Positions 16,788 through 25,190 of a stretch of 64,000 nucleotides of DNA are shown in pieces. The notes under the pieces are model-generated. The model saw nothing but the letters and a program-made list of their open reading frames with translations. It was not told where the DNA came from and did not search any database. The stretch's first letter is position 1. Each line of letters begins with the position of its first letter. The DNA is from a virus (Duplodnaviria; Caudoviricetes). Made by a program: the position numbers and the translations under genes. The stretch lies in the IMG/VR virus record IMGVR_UViG_3300033073_001572, positions 10,418 to 74,417 of that record. One strand, written 5' to 3'.

Positions 16788-16851
16788 GTGAACCTCCTAT
16801 GCTCCGAATGCTTCCAATCCCCCGTCGGTGTCAGGCGTTCACTGGATTGGG
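16788..16851 (-). promoter_or_regulatory. Structured 5' leader (candidate cis-regulatory RNA)
   Basis: CCAAUCC/GGAUUGG 7-bp stem enclosing GUGAAC, which is exactly complementary to GUUCAC between the SD and AUG. Confidence 0.45.
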
Positions 16852-16859
16852 CCTAATGT

Positions 16860-16867
16860 TAATTATC
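16860..16867 (-). promoter_or_regulatory. Putative late promoter (GATAATTA)
   Basis: DATANTTA motif immediately upstream of the structured leader. Confidence 0.6.
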
Positions 16868-16982
16868 ACTATACGTCAAATAAATCTTCCTGTATAACGC
16901 TGTATGTGTCTGTGCCTCTTGCGGAAAATTCATATAAATCTACATTATCTCGAATTTAAATGTCACAGACGCAATTCAGATG

Positions 16983-18293
16983 TCAATTTTCCTTCTTTGA
17001 CCGCTGGTCAGCCCAAATTGGCAGATACTCATAATAACGTTCGATCTGCTGGTCAAATTCTGCTTTTCTCGAGAGCAGGTCAGGAAACACGTCATAATAT
17101 GCATTGATCATTGATGTCTTTACATCTCTATCAAGTGAAAAATTTGATCTTTCGGTTGATTGTGCCAATGTGATTCTCACGTCATTGGGAGGAATGGGTT
17201 TGATGTCAACAGAAAAGCACTTGTAGAAAAGCGACTCAAACACCGAGACATACACGGGCTTGTCACCTACGACTTTGTCTCCGATGTATTTCTTCATGAG
17301 CTGCAACGTCCCAAGATATGAATGGAAAAGATCAAGCTCATCTTCGGTCGGAATAGTGTCAAAGAGCAATTCAAATCCCTTTACAGTCTCAAGAATAGTA
17401 TCATCAGACACCTTGATATCCATGTAAACATCGATGTCATCGACTTTGCCCAGGAGCTCTCTTGCTTTTCTAAAGCCGTAATCCGTTGAAAAAGTGTAGA
17501 GTGTGATCTCATCTGAATCGCCTGACTTTGAGATCTTGATCTTGTCCTTCGTCGATGAAGGTGTTGCTTTCTTCCCAGGGACACGTGTCAATTTTGAAGT
17601 AAGTGATGAGATTAGGTAGTTTTTTGCAAATCCCTTAATTCCTGACATCATGTCGATTGCGCTGGACCCGTGCGAGTGCACGATCGATGAGTGCGGAACA
17701 CCTTCTTCGGTGAATCGGGCTTTTACAAAGTCAATCTGCATGTTGATCTCAGCAGGCTCTCCAGACAACGGATCTTGAAAGTTATAGACGAAAAGAGAGT
17801 TAATCTGGTTGCCCACAGCATCTTGATCAATTTGACCAACATAGTCAATGCTTCTGCTACCAGGAAGATCAATAACACGTTGACCTTCCAGGTCCTGTAG
17901 CATCCTGAACAGGTTGACATATGAATCACGCGGTATGTAGACGTCAATATCGCCCAGCTTTTTCTTCTTTGTTGCAAATAGCTCGTCATTGCTACCCAGA
18001 TCGAAGAAGACTGCAGAAGACCCACCAAATCCGGCTCCAGATAGAATTCTATCGATTGCATTGGGATCATACAAACTCTGTGCATCTCCCAATGACGTTG
18101 TATATTCTAGGTAGCGTCTGTCGATGTCTCTGAAGAATTTGCGCATGTCATTAACGAATCTGTCACGCTGGACTTTTGCAACTTCAATCTTATCAGCCTG
18201 GCGTCCGCCAACTTGGACGTTTCCGCCCTCGTCAAGTTCAGCTTCTTTTGATTCTTGAAGGAATGCCTTGATAAATCGTCTTATTGTGTTCAT
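16983..18293 (-). CDS. Pol-beta superfamily nucleotidyltransferase, probably virion-associated
   Basis: 436 aa with FGGSS..(20 aa)..GDIDVYI and a later MQIDF (third Asp), the catalytic layout of Pol-beta NTases. N-terminal IRRFIKAFLQE..LDEGG leader. Confidence 0.65.
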   Translation of the reverse strand: MNTIRRFIKAFLQESKEAELDEGGNVQVGGRQADKIEVAKVQRDRFVNDMRKFFRDIDRRYLEYTTSLGDAQSLYDPNAIDRILSGAGFGGSSAVFFDLGSNDELFATKKKKLGDIDVYIPRDSYVNLFRMLQDLEGQRVIDLPGSRSIDYVGQIDQDAVGNQINSLFVYNFQDPLSGEPAEINMQIDFVKARFTEEGVPHSSIVHSHGSSAIDMMSGIKGFAKNYLISSLTSKLTRVPGKKATPSSTKDKIKISKSGDSDEITLYTFSTDYGFRKARELLGKVDDIDVYMDIKVSDDTILETVKGFELLFDTIPTEDELDLFHSYLGTLQLMKKYIGDKVVGDKPVYVSVFESLFYKCFSVDIKPIPPNDVRITLAQSTERSNFSLDRDVKTSMINAYYDVFPDLLSRKAEFDQQIERYYEYLPIWADQRSKKEN

Positions 18294-18298
18294 GTTAT

Positions 18299-18306
18299 TA
18301 TGTATT
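18299..18306 (-). promoter_or_regulatory. Putative late promoter variant (AATACATA), 5 nt before ATG
   Basis: One mismatch to DATANTTA. Same 5-nt spacing to ATG as at 32742 and 46426; no SD present. Confidence 0.45.
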
Positions 18307-18357
18307 TCTTTGGAAAGAACTTTGTTAATAACACGAATCTTTCAAATTGCAAACAAC

Positions 18358-18384
18358 AAAACGGCCACCCCGAAGGGTGGCCGC
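18358..18384 (-). terminator. Intrinsic terminator after the major capsid gene
   Basis: GCGGCCACCC-TTCG-GGGTGGCCGT followed by TTTGTTGTTT: a GC-rich stem with a UUCG tetraloop. Confidence 0.9.
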
Positions 18385-18406
18385 CTGTTGCCCGTCGGCT
18401 AGAACA

Positions 18407-20329
18407 TCAGATGATGTTGAGGTCGAGGACGGTTACGGTGCCGTAGAAGTCGCTGCGGACCATCTTCTTGCCGTAGCGAGTCATCACGCCCTTACGTGGG
18501 GTGAAGTCCTCGGGAGCGAAGATGGTGGGAGTGACGATCAGTGGGACGTAAGGAGCGTAGACGTAGCCGGTCTCGAGGTAGCTACCACCCTTGTAACCGA
18601 TGAGGATCTTGTTACGTGGGAAGTAGGGGTCCTTGTAGACGGTGAAGCGGTTGGAGAGGCTGCCGATGGGTGTTGCACCGATCGAGAAGCTGGAACCGAC
18701 CTGGCCCTGGCCGTCGAGGCTGTAGCTGGGCTTGTAGAGAACCGAAGCCTCGAGGATCGTGGCCACGTCTGGTGAAACCACCATGAAGTTGGCTGAGCCA
18801 CGGAGGGTCTTGCGGTGGATCTCATTGGCGACGTCGATGACGGTCTCGGTGAGGGTCTCGTACCACTCGCGGACGGTGCCAGTGAACTGGGGACCGGGGT
18901 TGAGAGTGGAGCTACGAGCGATCTCTGCACCGGTGGCCTTGTTGACGAACTTGCCTGGTGAACGTGACCAGTAGTAGTTGGCGCCGTTGGCCTGGGTGAG
19001 AAGGTCGTTGAGGATCTCACGGTCGATCTCGAGAGCGATCTGCTCTGAGAGGATCTGAGTGAGCTCAACCTCAGCGTCGAGGCTGTGGTAAGCGTTCAGG
19101 TCCTGTGCGAGCTCTGGTGACCAGCGAGCACGGAGCTTACGGGTCGAAGCTGTGACCGCGATGGACTCGATCTTGATGTCGATCTCGGGGATGATTGGGG
19201 TTGGTGCTGCTGCGAAATTCGACTCGAAGGAGGGAATGACGAGAGTGTCACCGGAGGCGCCTGGTGTTGCAAATGCGTCTGCGATTGCGAACGATGCGCT
19301 GAGGTTGACAGAAGTGCCGAGACCGTCAACGAGTGCACCTGAGACGACTGTGAGAACAACGGTGGAGGTCAGGGTTGTGTCTGCGAGTGCGTTTGGTGTG
19401 AAGACGCTGCCGTTCCATGTGCCGAGCTGGTTAAGACGACGGACGTTGACGAGGTTCTGGCCGCCCTGCATGGTGTCAGGGATGACTGCAAGACCTGCTG
19501 TTGCAAGATCGCCGGAGAAGAGTGAGACATCCTTGACCTGGGTTGCATCGAAATTGATGCCGCTGCCGGCGGTGAGGGAGTCTGCACGGACCATGACGAA
19601 CTGGAACTGACCGGCGCCGTCAAGTGCGCCATCAGCAGCGTCAGCCTCGATTAGGTTGGCGACCTGTGGGTCGAACTGGAGGAGGATGCCGTCAGAGCCG
19701 GTGGCGAAGGCGTTGACACCTGACTGCCATGCTGCGGTGCCTGCGTAGGCGCCCTTTGCTACAATGTTAACGCTGTTTGTCTTCTTGTGCACCTTGGTGA
19801 AGGTGGTGCCAACGAGGTCGTACTGGCCACCGGTGGCGAGTGAGCCGCTCTGGATGCCCTTGCCGGTTGGGTTCTGGTAGATTGACTGACCGGCCTTGTA
19901 GGTAGCTGCGCCGCCTGCAGGAATCTCACCTGTCTGGAGGTCAGCATTGCCACCGACGTCGGTACCGTAGGTGTAGTCTAGGTAGAAGAGGAGGCCGGAT
20001 GGGAGGCTCATGGGCTGGATGGAGACGAGCTCGTTTGCCACGAGACCGCCGAATACGCGGCGGACGATGGGGAATGCGATCGAGGTGAAACCACGGAGGT
20101 CGCCTGAGGATGCGAGGTTGCCGCCGCCCTGTGAGAGGCTGTTGCTCTCACGGAGGACCTGGGCTGCCTGGTTCTCGAGGAGGCGAGCCATATTGTCGCG
20201 CTTGACGCCGTCGAGGCCGCGAAGGAGGCCGGTGCGGGTCCATTTCTCAACGAGGCGTGTACCTTCCGCGCTGTTGTTGCGGTCGGTGATTCCCTCGGTG
20301 AGCGTCTTGAGAGAGAATGACTTTGACAT
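18407..20329 (-). CDS. Major capsid protein, T4 gp23-like
   Basis: 640 aa: KWTRTGLL, LLENQ, IVRRVFGGLVANELVSIQPMSLPSGLLFYLD, TRKLRARWSPELAQDLNAYHSLDAEVEL, GYKG..ETGYVYAPYVPL, FTPRKGVMTRYG. Confidence 0.97.
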   Translation of the reverse strand: MSKSFSLKTLTEGITDRNNSAEGTRLVEKWTRTGLLRGLDGVKRDNMARLLENQAAQVLRESNSLSQGGGNLASSGDLRGFTSIAFPIVRRVFGGLVANELVSIQPMSLPSGLLFYLDYTYGTDVGGNADLQTGEIPAGGAATYKAGQSIYQNPTGKGIQSGSLATGGQYDLVGTTFTKVHKKTNSVNIVAKGAYAGTAAWQSGVNAFATGSDGILLQFDPQVANLIEADAADGALDGAGQFQFVMVRADSLTAGSGINFDATQVKDVSLFSGDLATAGLAVIPDTMQGGQNLVNVRRLNQLGTWNGSVFTPNALADTTLTSTVVLTVVSGALVDGLGTSVNLSASFAIADAFATPGASGDTLVIPSFESNFAAAPTPIIPEIDIKIESIAVTASTRKLRARWSPELAQDLNAYHSLDAEVELTQILSEQIALEIDREILNDLLTQANGANYYWSRSPGKFVNKATGAEIARSSTLNPGPQFTGTVREWYETLTETVIDVANEIHRKTLRGSANFMVVSPDVATILEASVLYKPSYSLDGQGQVGSSFSIGATPIGSLSNRFTVYKDPYFPRNKILIGYKGGSYLETGYVYAPYVPLIVTPTIFAPEDFTPRKGVMTRYGKKMVRSDFYGTVTVLDLNII

Positions 20330-20350
20330 ATTGAATACTCCTTAAATGAT

Positions 20351-21688
20351 TTATCTAAGACCGGCTAGAGTTGCCCAACGGTCGAGGGCTGTGCCCTCAT
20401 TGAGATTGGTGGCTCCGCCTGATGTTATTGGGCGTGATGCATTACCGGGTGAAAGTCTGTGTGCAGACTCATTGATCTGTGCGGGATTGCGACGATCAAG
20501 TGACTCGGACATGCTCTTGTAAAGAAGCTTGGCTTCACGAAGATTCTTTGCACCGTCAAGAGCCTCGACTACGGCACGACGTTGCGACGACGTGATTTCC
20601 CTGTCGGATGTTAGCTTGTTGACGTAAAGAAGCTTAGCGTTGAAGAGGTTAAGCTCGGAAAGTTGCTCACGGAGCGTTTCAATACCGTTCCTGTATTCGT
20701 TGAGCTGCTGCTGGAGGGCACGATTCTTGCGGACCTCATTTTCATATGATTCCTTAAGCTTGGCGAATTTGTTCAAAACAACCTCGTCCATGTCTTTAAG
20801 GTCGCCCCCACCAAAGGCCTTAGCAGCTGCCTTGGGTCCGGGCATATTTTTCATCTTTGTCTCTTTGGTAGCCTTCTTTGCCTCACGAAGTGATGCAATT
20901 GCGTCACGAAGAAGATTCTCGTCGATCTCAAAGACCATACCTTCGTCGGCGGCTTCATCGGGTGCTGCCTCGCCTTCTTCCTCGGCGCCGGGTTCAGGTG
21001 TAATAACTTCTTCTTCGGCTGGAGGCTCCTCAAGCGTGACATCTTCCTCTTCCTCATCGGATGGGCCTACGATCACAGTGTAGGGATTCTCAGCGTCGAG
21101 CGTGATGTCCTTGCCGAAGTCAATGGTGATCTTATCCTCATTGAGATCGTCAAGATCAAGTTCGAACATTTCAGCTGTGTTCTTATTCATCTTGTTGACT
21201 CCTGACGTCTCTTTTGACATCTTGTTCTGTGCATTACTAACTGCCTCTGTCTTAACAGCCCCAGAGGTGTGGGATTCTGGATTCTTGGCAAGATTCAAAA
21301 GAGCCTGTTTCTCATTTGAAGAAAGCATCTCAAATGCCTCCTTTAATGCGTCCATCTCTGATTCTTTGCCGTTATTTCGATTAGCAACAAGGTCGATAAG
21401 TGCTGTGAGTGCCGACTCATTAAGTTCGACAACATCATCATCTTCCATGACATGCTTAGCTTTGCTAGGTGGAATAATGACATCTTCGTCACTTTCTTCG
21501 TTCAACGAAGAAAAGATAAAATCATCATCTGCTGCGAAATCATTTGACTCGTTTGTAAGCTGCTGCTCGATGAACTCTTTGATTCTTGGAGTGACTGCTT
21601 CAACAATGGCCTTTTTCGCATTTTGTTCGGCAACTTCTCGCAGTTGCTTAGCATCTGCTATTGCTTCCTCGAACAGCGATCTCGACAT
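20351..21688 (-). CDS. Prohead scaffolding protein (gp22-like)
   Basis: 445 aa, very acidic, directly upstream of the capsid gene. Coiled-coil C-terminus ending LDRWATLAGLR; many [IL]xE protease sites. Confidence 0.8.
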   Translation of the reverse strand: MSRSLFEEAIADAKQLREVAEQNAKKAIVEAVTPRIKEFIEQQLTNESNDFAADDDFIFSSLNEESDEDVIIPPSKAKHVMEDDDVVELNESALTALIDLVANRNNGKESEMDALKEAFEMLSSNEKQALLNLAKNPESHTSGAVKTEAVSNAQNKMSKETSGVNKMNKNTAEMFELDLDDLNEDKITIDFGKDITLDAENPYTVIVGPSDEEEEDVTLEEPPAEEEVITPEPGAEEEGEAAPDEAADEGMVFEIDENLLRDAIASLREAKKATKETKMKNMPGPKAAAKAFGGGDLKDMDEVVLNKFAKLKESYENEVRKNRALQQQLNEYRNGIETLREQLSELNLFNAKLLYVNKLTSDREITSSQRRAVVEALDGAKNLREAKLLYKSMSESLDRRNPAQINESAHRLSPGNASRPITSGGATNLNEGTALDRWATLAGLR

Positions 21689-21708
21689 ATAATCTCCTAC
21701 TCAAACTT

Positions 21709-21716
21709 TAATTATA
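21709..21716 (-). promoter_or_regulatory. Putative late promoter (TATAATTA)
   Basis: DATANTTA motif upstream of the scaffold SD (AGGAG). Confidence 0.6.
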
Positions 21717-21719
21717 ATG

Positions 21720-22283
21720 TTAGTCTGATTCTTGACTCGATAATTTTATCATTAAATTGGCTTTAGCTAATGATCTCATAGAGGGATCTATTAAATCATT
21801 GATGTGCCGCATCTCAATTTTGTCACCAAGCGGATCATAATTTTGTGCTTGAGACCAGCCCCTGATTGTAGATTTTAGATTTTTACCTGGTGCTGTTGTA
21901 TATGCAGCATTGGTTTTAAACCCACCCATGGCAGGTCCTGTGAATTTTCCATAAATTTGAGAAAAAGGAAATGGAACCATACCTTGCATTATATGCGTAT
22001 CTTCGGATGATTCCATTAAATCTAGGCGCATTTTTGTAAAAGATGAACGATCTGTTCTTCCAGATGTTGCACCTTTTGCAATGTTTGAAAGACCGATCTT
22101 TCTCGATATATCATCAAACATGTCATCGTAATCAAACTCGACGTCATCGACGTCTTCGGATTTTTCATAATAGGGATATGTTGATTGAGCAGGATAGCTA
22201 ATTCCAGAAGATTTGGCAACGGTTGTGCCGTAACCCGCTCCAGAATTAGCATCCCCTAGCCTATTATGAACAACCTTGAACAT
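21720..22283 (-). CDS. Hypothetical head-module protein (187 aa)
   Basis: TGATG stop/start coupling with the upstream gene; within the head operon. Confidence 0.7.
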   Translation of the reverse strand: MFKVVHNRLGDANSGAGYGTTVAKSSGISYPAQSTYPYYEKSEDVDDVEFDYDDMFDDISRKIGLSNIAKGATSGRTDRSSFTKMRLDLMESSEDTHIMQGMVPFPFSQIYGKFTGPAMGGFKTNAAYTTAPGKNLKSTIRGWSQAQNYDPLGDKIEMRHINDLIDPSMRSLAKANLMIKLSSQESD

Positions 22284-22855
22284 CAGCCGCTGTAAGCTCC
22301 GATGCTATTGATATACGACTTGCCTGAAATGTATGAACCAATTTTCTGTTCAGTGATTGCAGGTGTCGATTCATTTGGAGCAAGTGCAGTTCCCAATCCG
22401 ACACCATACTGGTCATTTCTTGCAGGTGGTGTGCCTGTGTATGCAGGTTGATCACTTGGATATGTGCTACCAGGTCCAGGTGATGCAAGATTTGGAACCC
22501 AAGCTGACGTTGGCCTTCCGCCTTCAGTAAACTTAGCAGGATCTGAAATATCTGCATTGACATCATCGTAGCTTGGTGCACCTGTAAAGTTAAGATTTAC
22601 AGGTGCGGGAAAACCGTAATACGCTGTTGTGTCATTGATTGACCCATTTGTGATTCCAACGCCGGGAATGGAATCACCTGGGCCTCCTGCACCATTTAGA
22701 ACAGATTGACCTGCATTTAAAACGGTTGTGGGATTATATTCAGCATTCAGTGGTGATCTAAACATCGCGCGGAGGTTTGTGTCATTCCGCATGCCTGGAC
22801 CACCTGTCCTTACGCCTCCATCGGGCGCAACTGTCGCTGTCCTCATTGATGACAT
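22283..22855 (-). CDS. Hypothetical Gly/Pro-rich head-module protein (190 aa)
   Basis: SD GGAGG; within the head operon. Confidence 0.7.
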   Translation of the reverse strand: MSSMRTATVAPDGGVRTGGPGMRNDTNLRAMFRSPLNAEYNPTTVLNAGQSVLNGAGGPGDSIPGVGITNGSINDTTAYYGFPAPVNLNFTGAPSYDDVNADISDPAKFTEGGRPTSAWVPNLASPGPGSTYPSDQPAYTGTPPARNDQYGVGLGTALAPNESTPAITEQKIGSYISGKSYINSIGAYSG

Positions 22856-22873
22856 TTAAACCTCCTTTAAAAA

Positions 22874-23197
22874 TCACTGACGTGAAAGAATCTTCTTGCG
22901 GAGAGCAGTCTTCTGCTCACGCACTACAGCGAGACGTGCCTCGAGAGACTCCTCGAGCTTCTTGAGGGTCTTGTAACCCTCAACGTCTCCGGCGCCGTGG
23001 CCGTCCTGCTTCACCTTGTTGCCGGTTGCGTGTGTGCGCTTCTCGGCGTGGGGTGGAGCGTCGCTCCAATCAGCCTCATCCATATCCATTTCGAGATCCT
23101 TGAGCTTGGCCTTGTCAAGATTGGAGGTCTCGAGCTTCTGCTTCTCCTCAAGAACAAGCTTCTTGAGCATATTTGGTGTAAGTTTAACTACTGGCAT
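22874..23197 (-). CDS. Probable prohead core / internal protein (107 aa)
   Basis: SD AGGAG, own late promoter, capsid-like codon bias, N-terminal KLTPNMLKKLVLEE. Confidence 0.7.
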   Translation of the reverse strand: MPVVKLTPNMLKKLVLEEKQKLETSNLDKAKLKDLEMDMDEADWSDAPPHAEKRTHATGNKVKQDGHGAGDVEGYKTLKKLEESLEARLAVVREQKTALRKKILSRQ

Positions 23198-23223
23198 AAT
23201 AATCTCCTAGTGGGGTCAAATTA

Positions 23224-23231
23224 TAAGTATT
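23224..23231 (-). promoter_or_regulatory. Putative late promoter (AATACTTA)
   Basis: DATANTTA motif in a 47-bp intergenic gap. Confidence 0.6.
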
Positions 23232-23244
23232 TCATAGCTGTCAA

Positions 23245-23721
23245 TTAGACGCCTACCTTTTTCTCAGAAAAGGCGAGCGTGGCCCATTTTGATGACATGT
23301 CACCAAAAACATCTGCAGGATCACTTCTTAACATTGTTTTTGCTGCAGCATCACCTGAACTTTCAACCATTACCTGATGGTCATTTGCACTCATGCGTGT
23401 CTCTTCAACAATTTGTGTCCCGCGGAGTGCAGTATCTGCTAGCATTTCCTGAATGATGGGATCATGTGATGCAGCATTGATAGAATTTCTGTCGATTAAA
23501 TTGCGTTGTGTTGGCGTTGCACTCTTTGGAAGAAATGACATTCTATCTGCCATCGCAGCTCTTGGATTCTGTGCCTGTCTTCCTGCAACATGTGTCTCGC
23601 CCTTCAGTGAAGCCTTCCTAGACTCAGCAAGCGCCTGTGTCGTAGATGTAAGTCCCTCACTAAGGATTTCAACAAGGCATTCTTTCACTATGCCTTTAAG
23701 GTCGTCTCTAGATAATTTCAT
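23245..23721 (-). CDS. Probable prohead core / internal protein (158 aa)
   Basis: ATG at 23721 overlaps the protease stop (ATGA). N-terminal KLSRDDLKGIVKECLVEILSEG. Confidence 0.7.
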   Translation of the reverse strand: MKLSRDDLKGIVKECLVEILSEGLTSTTQALAESRKASLKGETHVAGRQAQNPRAAMADRMSFLPKSATPTQRNLIDRNSINAASHDPIIQEMLADTALRGTQIVEETRMSANDHQVMVESSGDAAAKTMLRSDPADVFGDMSSKWATLAFSEKKVGV

Positions 23722-24323
23722 TTCACTTTCCACGCCATGATATCGTTGAAAATTCTATCAATTCTATCAGACTTATTAAACGTATTTCTCAAATCTTTTG
23801 GTGAAATGACTCTTGATTCATTGATAAATGCGCCTGGTGTGCTAGGCTCTGAGACGATATCAAAGCAAATGAGTTGGAAGTCTTCTTGAACAATGAGCGC
23901 GCTACCTTGCTGCTTTGTTGATCCCACACCTCTGCTGGAAATCCCAAGTGTAACGCCCGATTCAACTAAGCTCTGAAGGATTTTACCGCTGGGTGTGTCA
24001 AGAAGCTCAACAACACCGTAAACGTCATCTCCTTCCATTCTTGCTTCTTTGATAAGATGTGAAGCATTCTTAAGTTCGACGACAGATGTGTCTGGGTGAT
24101 CGCACTCACCTAATGCACGATTCTCTCTTATGAACTTTTGGTAGTTGATAATTTCTCTTTCAAGAATACCCCTTGGATAGATTCTACCGTTCTGGTTTAG
24201 TGTATCGGCTCGTTGAATAATTCCCTTGAGCATGATTTTTCCGCCATTAAGAGCGCGTGACTCTTTAATGACCTGTGCGCTGTATGTGAGCGGTGTCCAC
24301 TCTTTGAGAAGTGTCATAGACAT
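23718..24323 (-). CDS. Prohead core protease, T4 gp21-like
   Basis: NQNGRIYP, ALGECDHP (His), LLDTPSGKIL, LGISSRGVGS (Ser), FDIVSEPSTPGAF. Confidence 0.95.
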   Translation of the reverse strand: MSMTLLKEWTPLTYSAQVIKESRALNGGKIMLKGIIQRADTLNQNGRIYPRGILEREIINYQKFIRENRALGECDHPDTSVVELKNASHLIKEARMEGDDVYGVVELLDTPSGKILQSLVESGVTLGISSRGVGSTKQQGSALIVQEDFQLICFDIVSEPSTPGAFINESRVISPKDLRNTFNKSDRIDRIFNDIMAWKVK

Positions 24324-24326
24324 TTA

Positions 24327-25166
24327 CTATTTCTCCTTCATTTCGTTGATAAGCTGTGTTAGTGTCATTAATTTGATAATTTTATCATCATCAATTGACA
24401 TAAAGTCAGCTTCTTTGACTAATGTTTCAACCGCATCGATCTTTTCAAGGATGATTGGATTTCTTTCAGACTTACGAATTGAAGCAATTTCTCTCAATGC
24501 ATTCGCTTGAATCTCAAGTGCACGCGTCTTTATTGAAATTCCGCCGTCATTTTCAATTGAAAAAACGTATTCTTTTATCAGCGTTTTCTGGTCATTTGTC
24601 AATGAAGTTGAGTATTTTTCATTAAATTTCTCATTCATGATTTTGACAACAAGGCTGTCGACATTATGTGTTTCTTCAAAAGAAACTGCTTCTTCTTCTC
24701 TTGGAGTTGTAAGCCATTCAATCATTTTTGTCTCAAGGAGGACCATCTCTGTTAGATTTGATCTGTCACCTTCGGCCCAAGCATTCAAAAGATTTTGAAT
24801 TGTTGCATATGTTCGATAGGAGGGAACCTTACGATGATAAAAATTAACGTCAGCAAGCGTGTAATTTATCTCTCTAATTAGCTCTGACTTTTCTTTGATT
24901 AATTTCTTTGAGTCAAATCTACGTGATGCATTTTTTGACTCAGTTAGAATTGCTGCCGCAATTGATGTGTCTCCGACTGAAGACTTTGCAAGTGCATTAA
25001 ACAATCTAAATTCGCGATAGAGTTCAGTGTTCTTATTGTAGAATTTAGAGATAATATCGAGTGCATTTTGAGCACGATCTCTGTTATTTTCAACAAGATA
25101 AGCTGAAACAGCTCTAACTAGAAGTTCGTAAATAATTCCAACATTTCTTTTCTTATTGTGATTCAT
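24327..25166 (-). CDS. Hypothetical head-module protein (279 aa)
   Basis: Lies between portal and protease. Helical: HNKKRNVGIIYELL, FNEKYSTSLTNDQKTLIKEY. Confidence 0.75.
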   Translation of the reverse strand: MNHNKKRNVGIIYELLVRAVSAYLVENNRDRAQNALDIISKFYNKNTELYREFRLFNALAKSSVGDTSIAAAILTESKNASRRFDSKKLIKEKSELIREINYTLADVNFYHRKVPSYRTYATIQNLLNAWAEGDRSNLTEMVLLETKMIEWLTTPREEEAVSFEETHNVDSLVVKIMNEKFNEKYSTSLTNDQKTLIKEYVFSIENDGGISIKTRALEIQANALREIASIRKSERNPIILEKIDAVETLVKEADFMSIDDDKIIKLMTLTQLINEMKEK

Positions 25167-25190
25167 GTTACTCCCCTGACGTATTTCAAC

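Noticed and set aside
16788-16859. Assignment of the leader to a known riboswitch or ribozyme class
   Set aside because: No recognisable consensus (fluoride, SAM, preQ1, c-di-GMP, hammerhead) by eye. It is kept only as an unclassified candidate pending an Rfam search.
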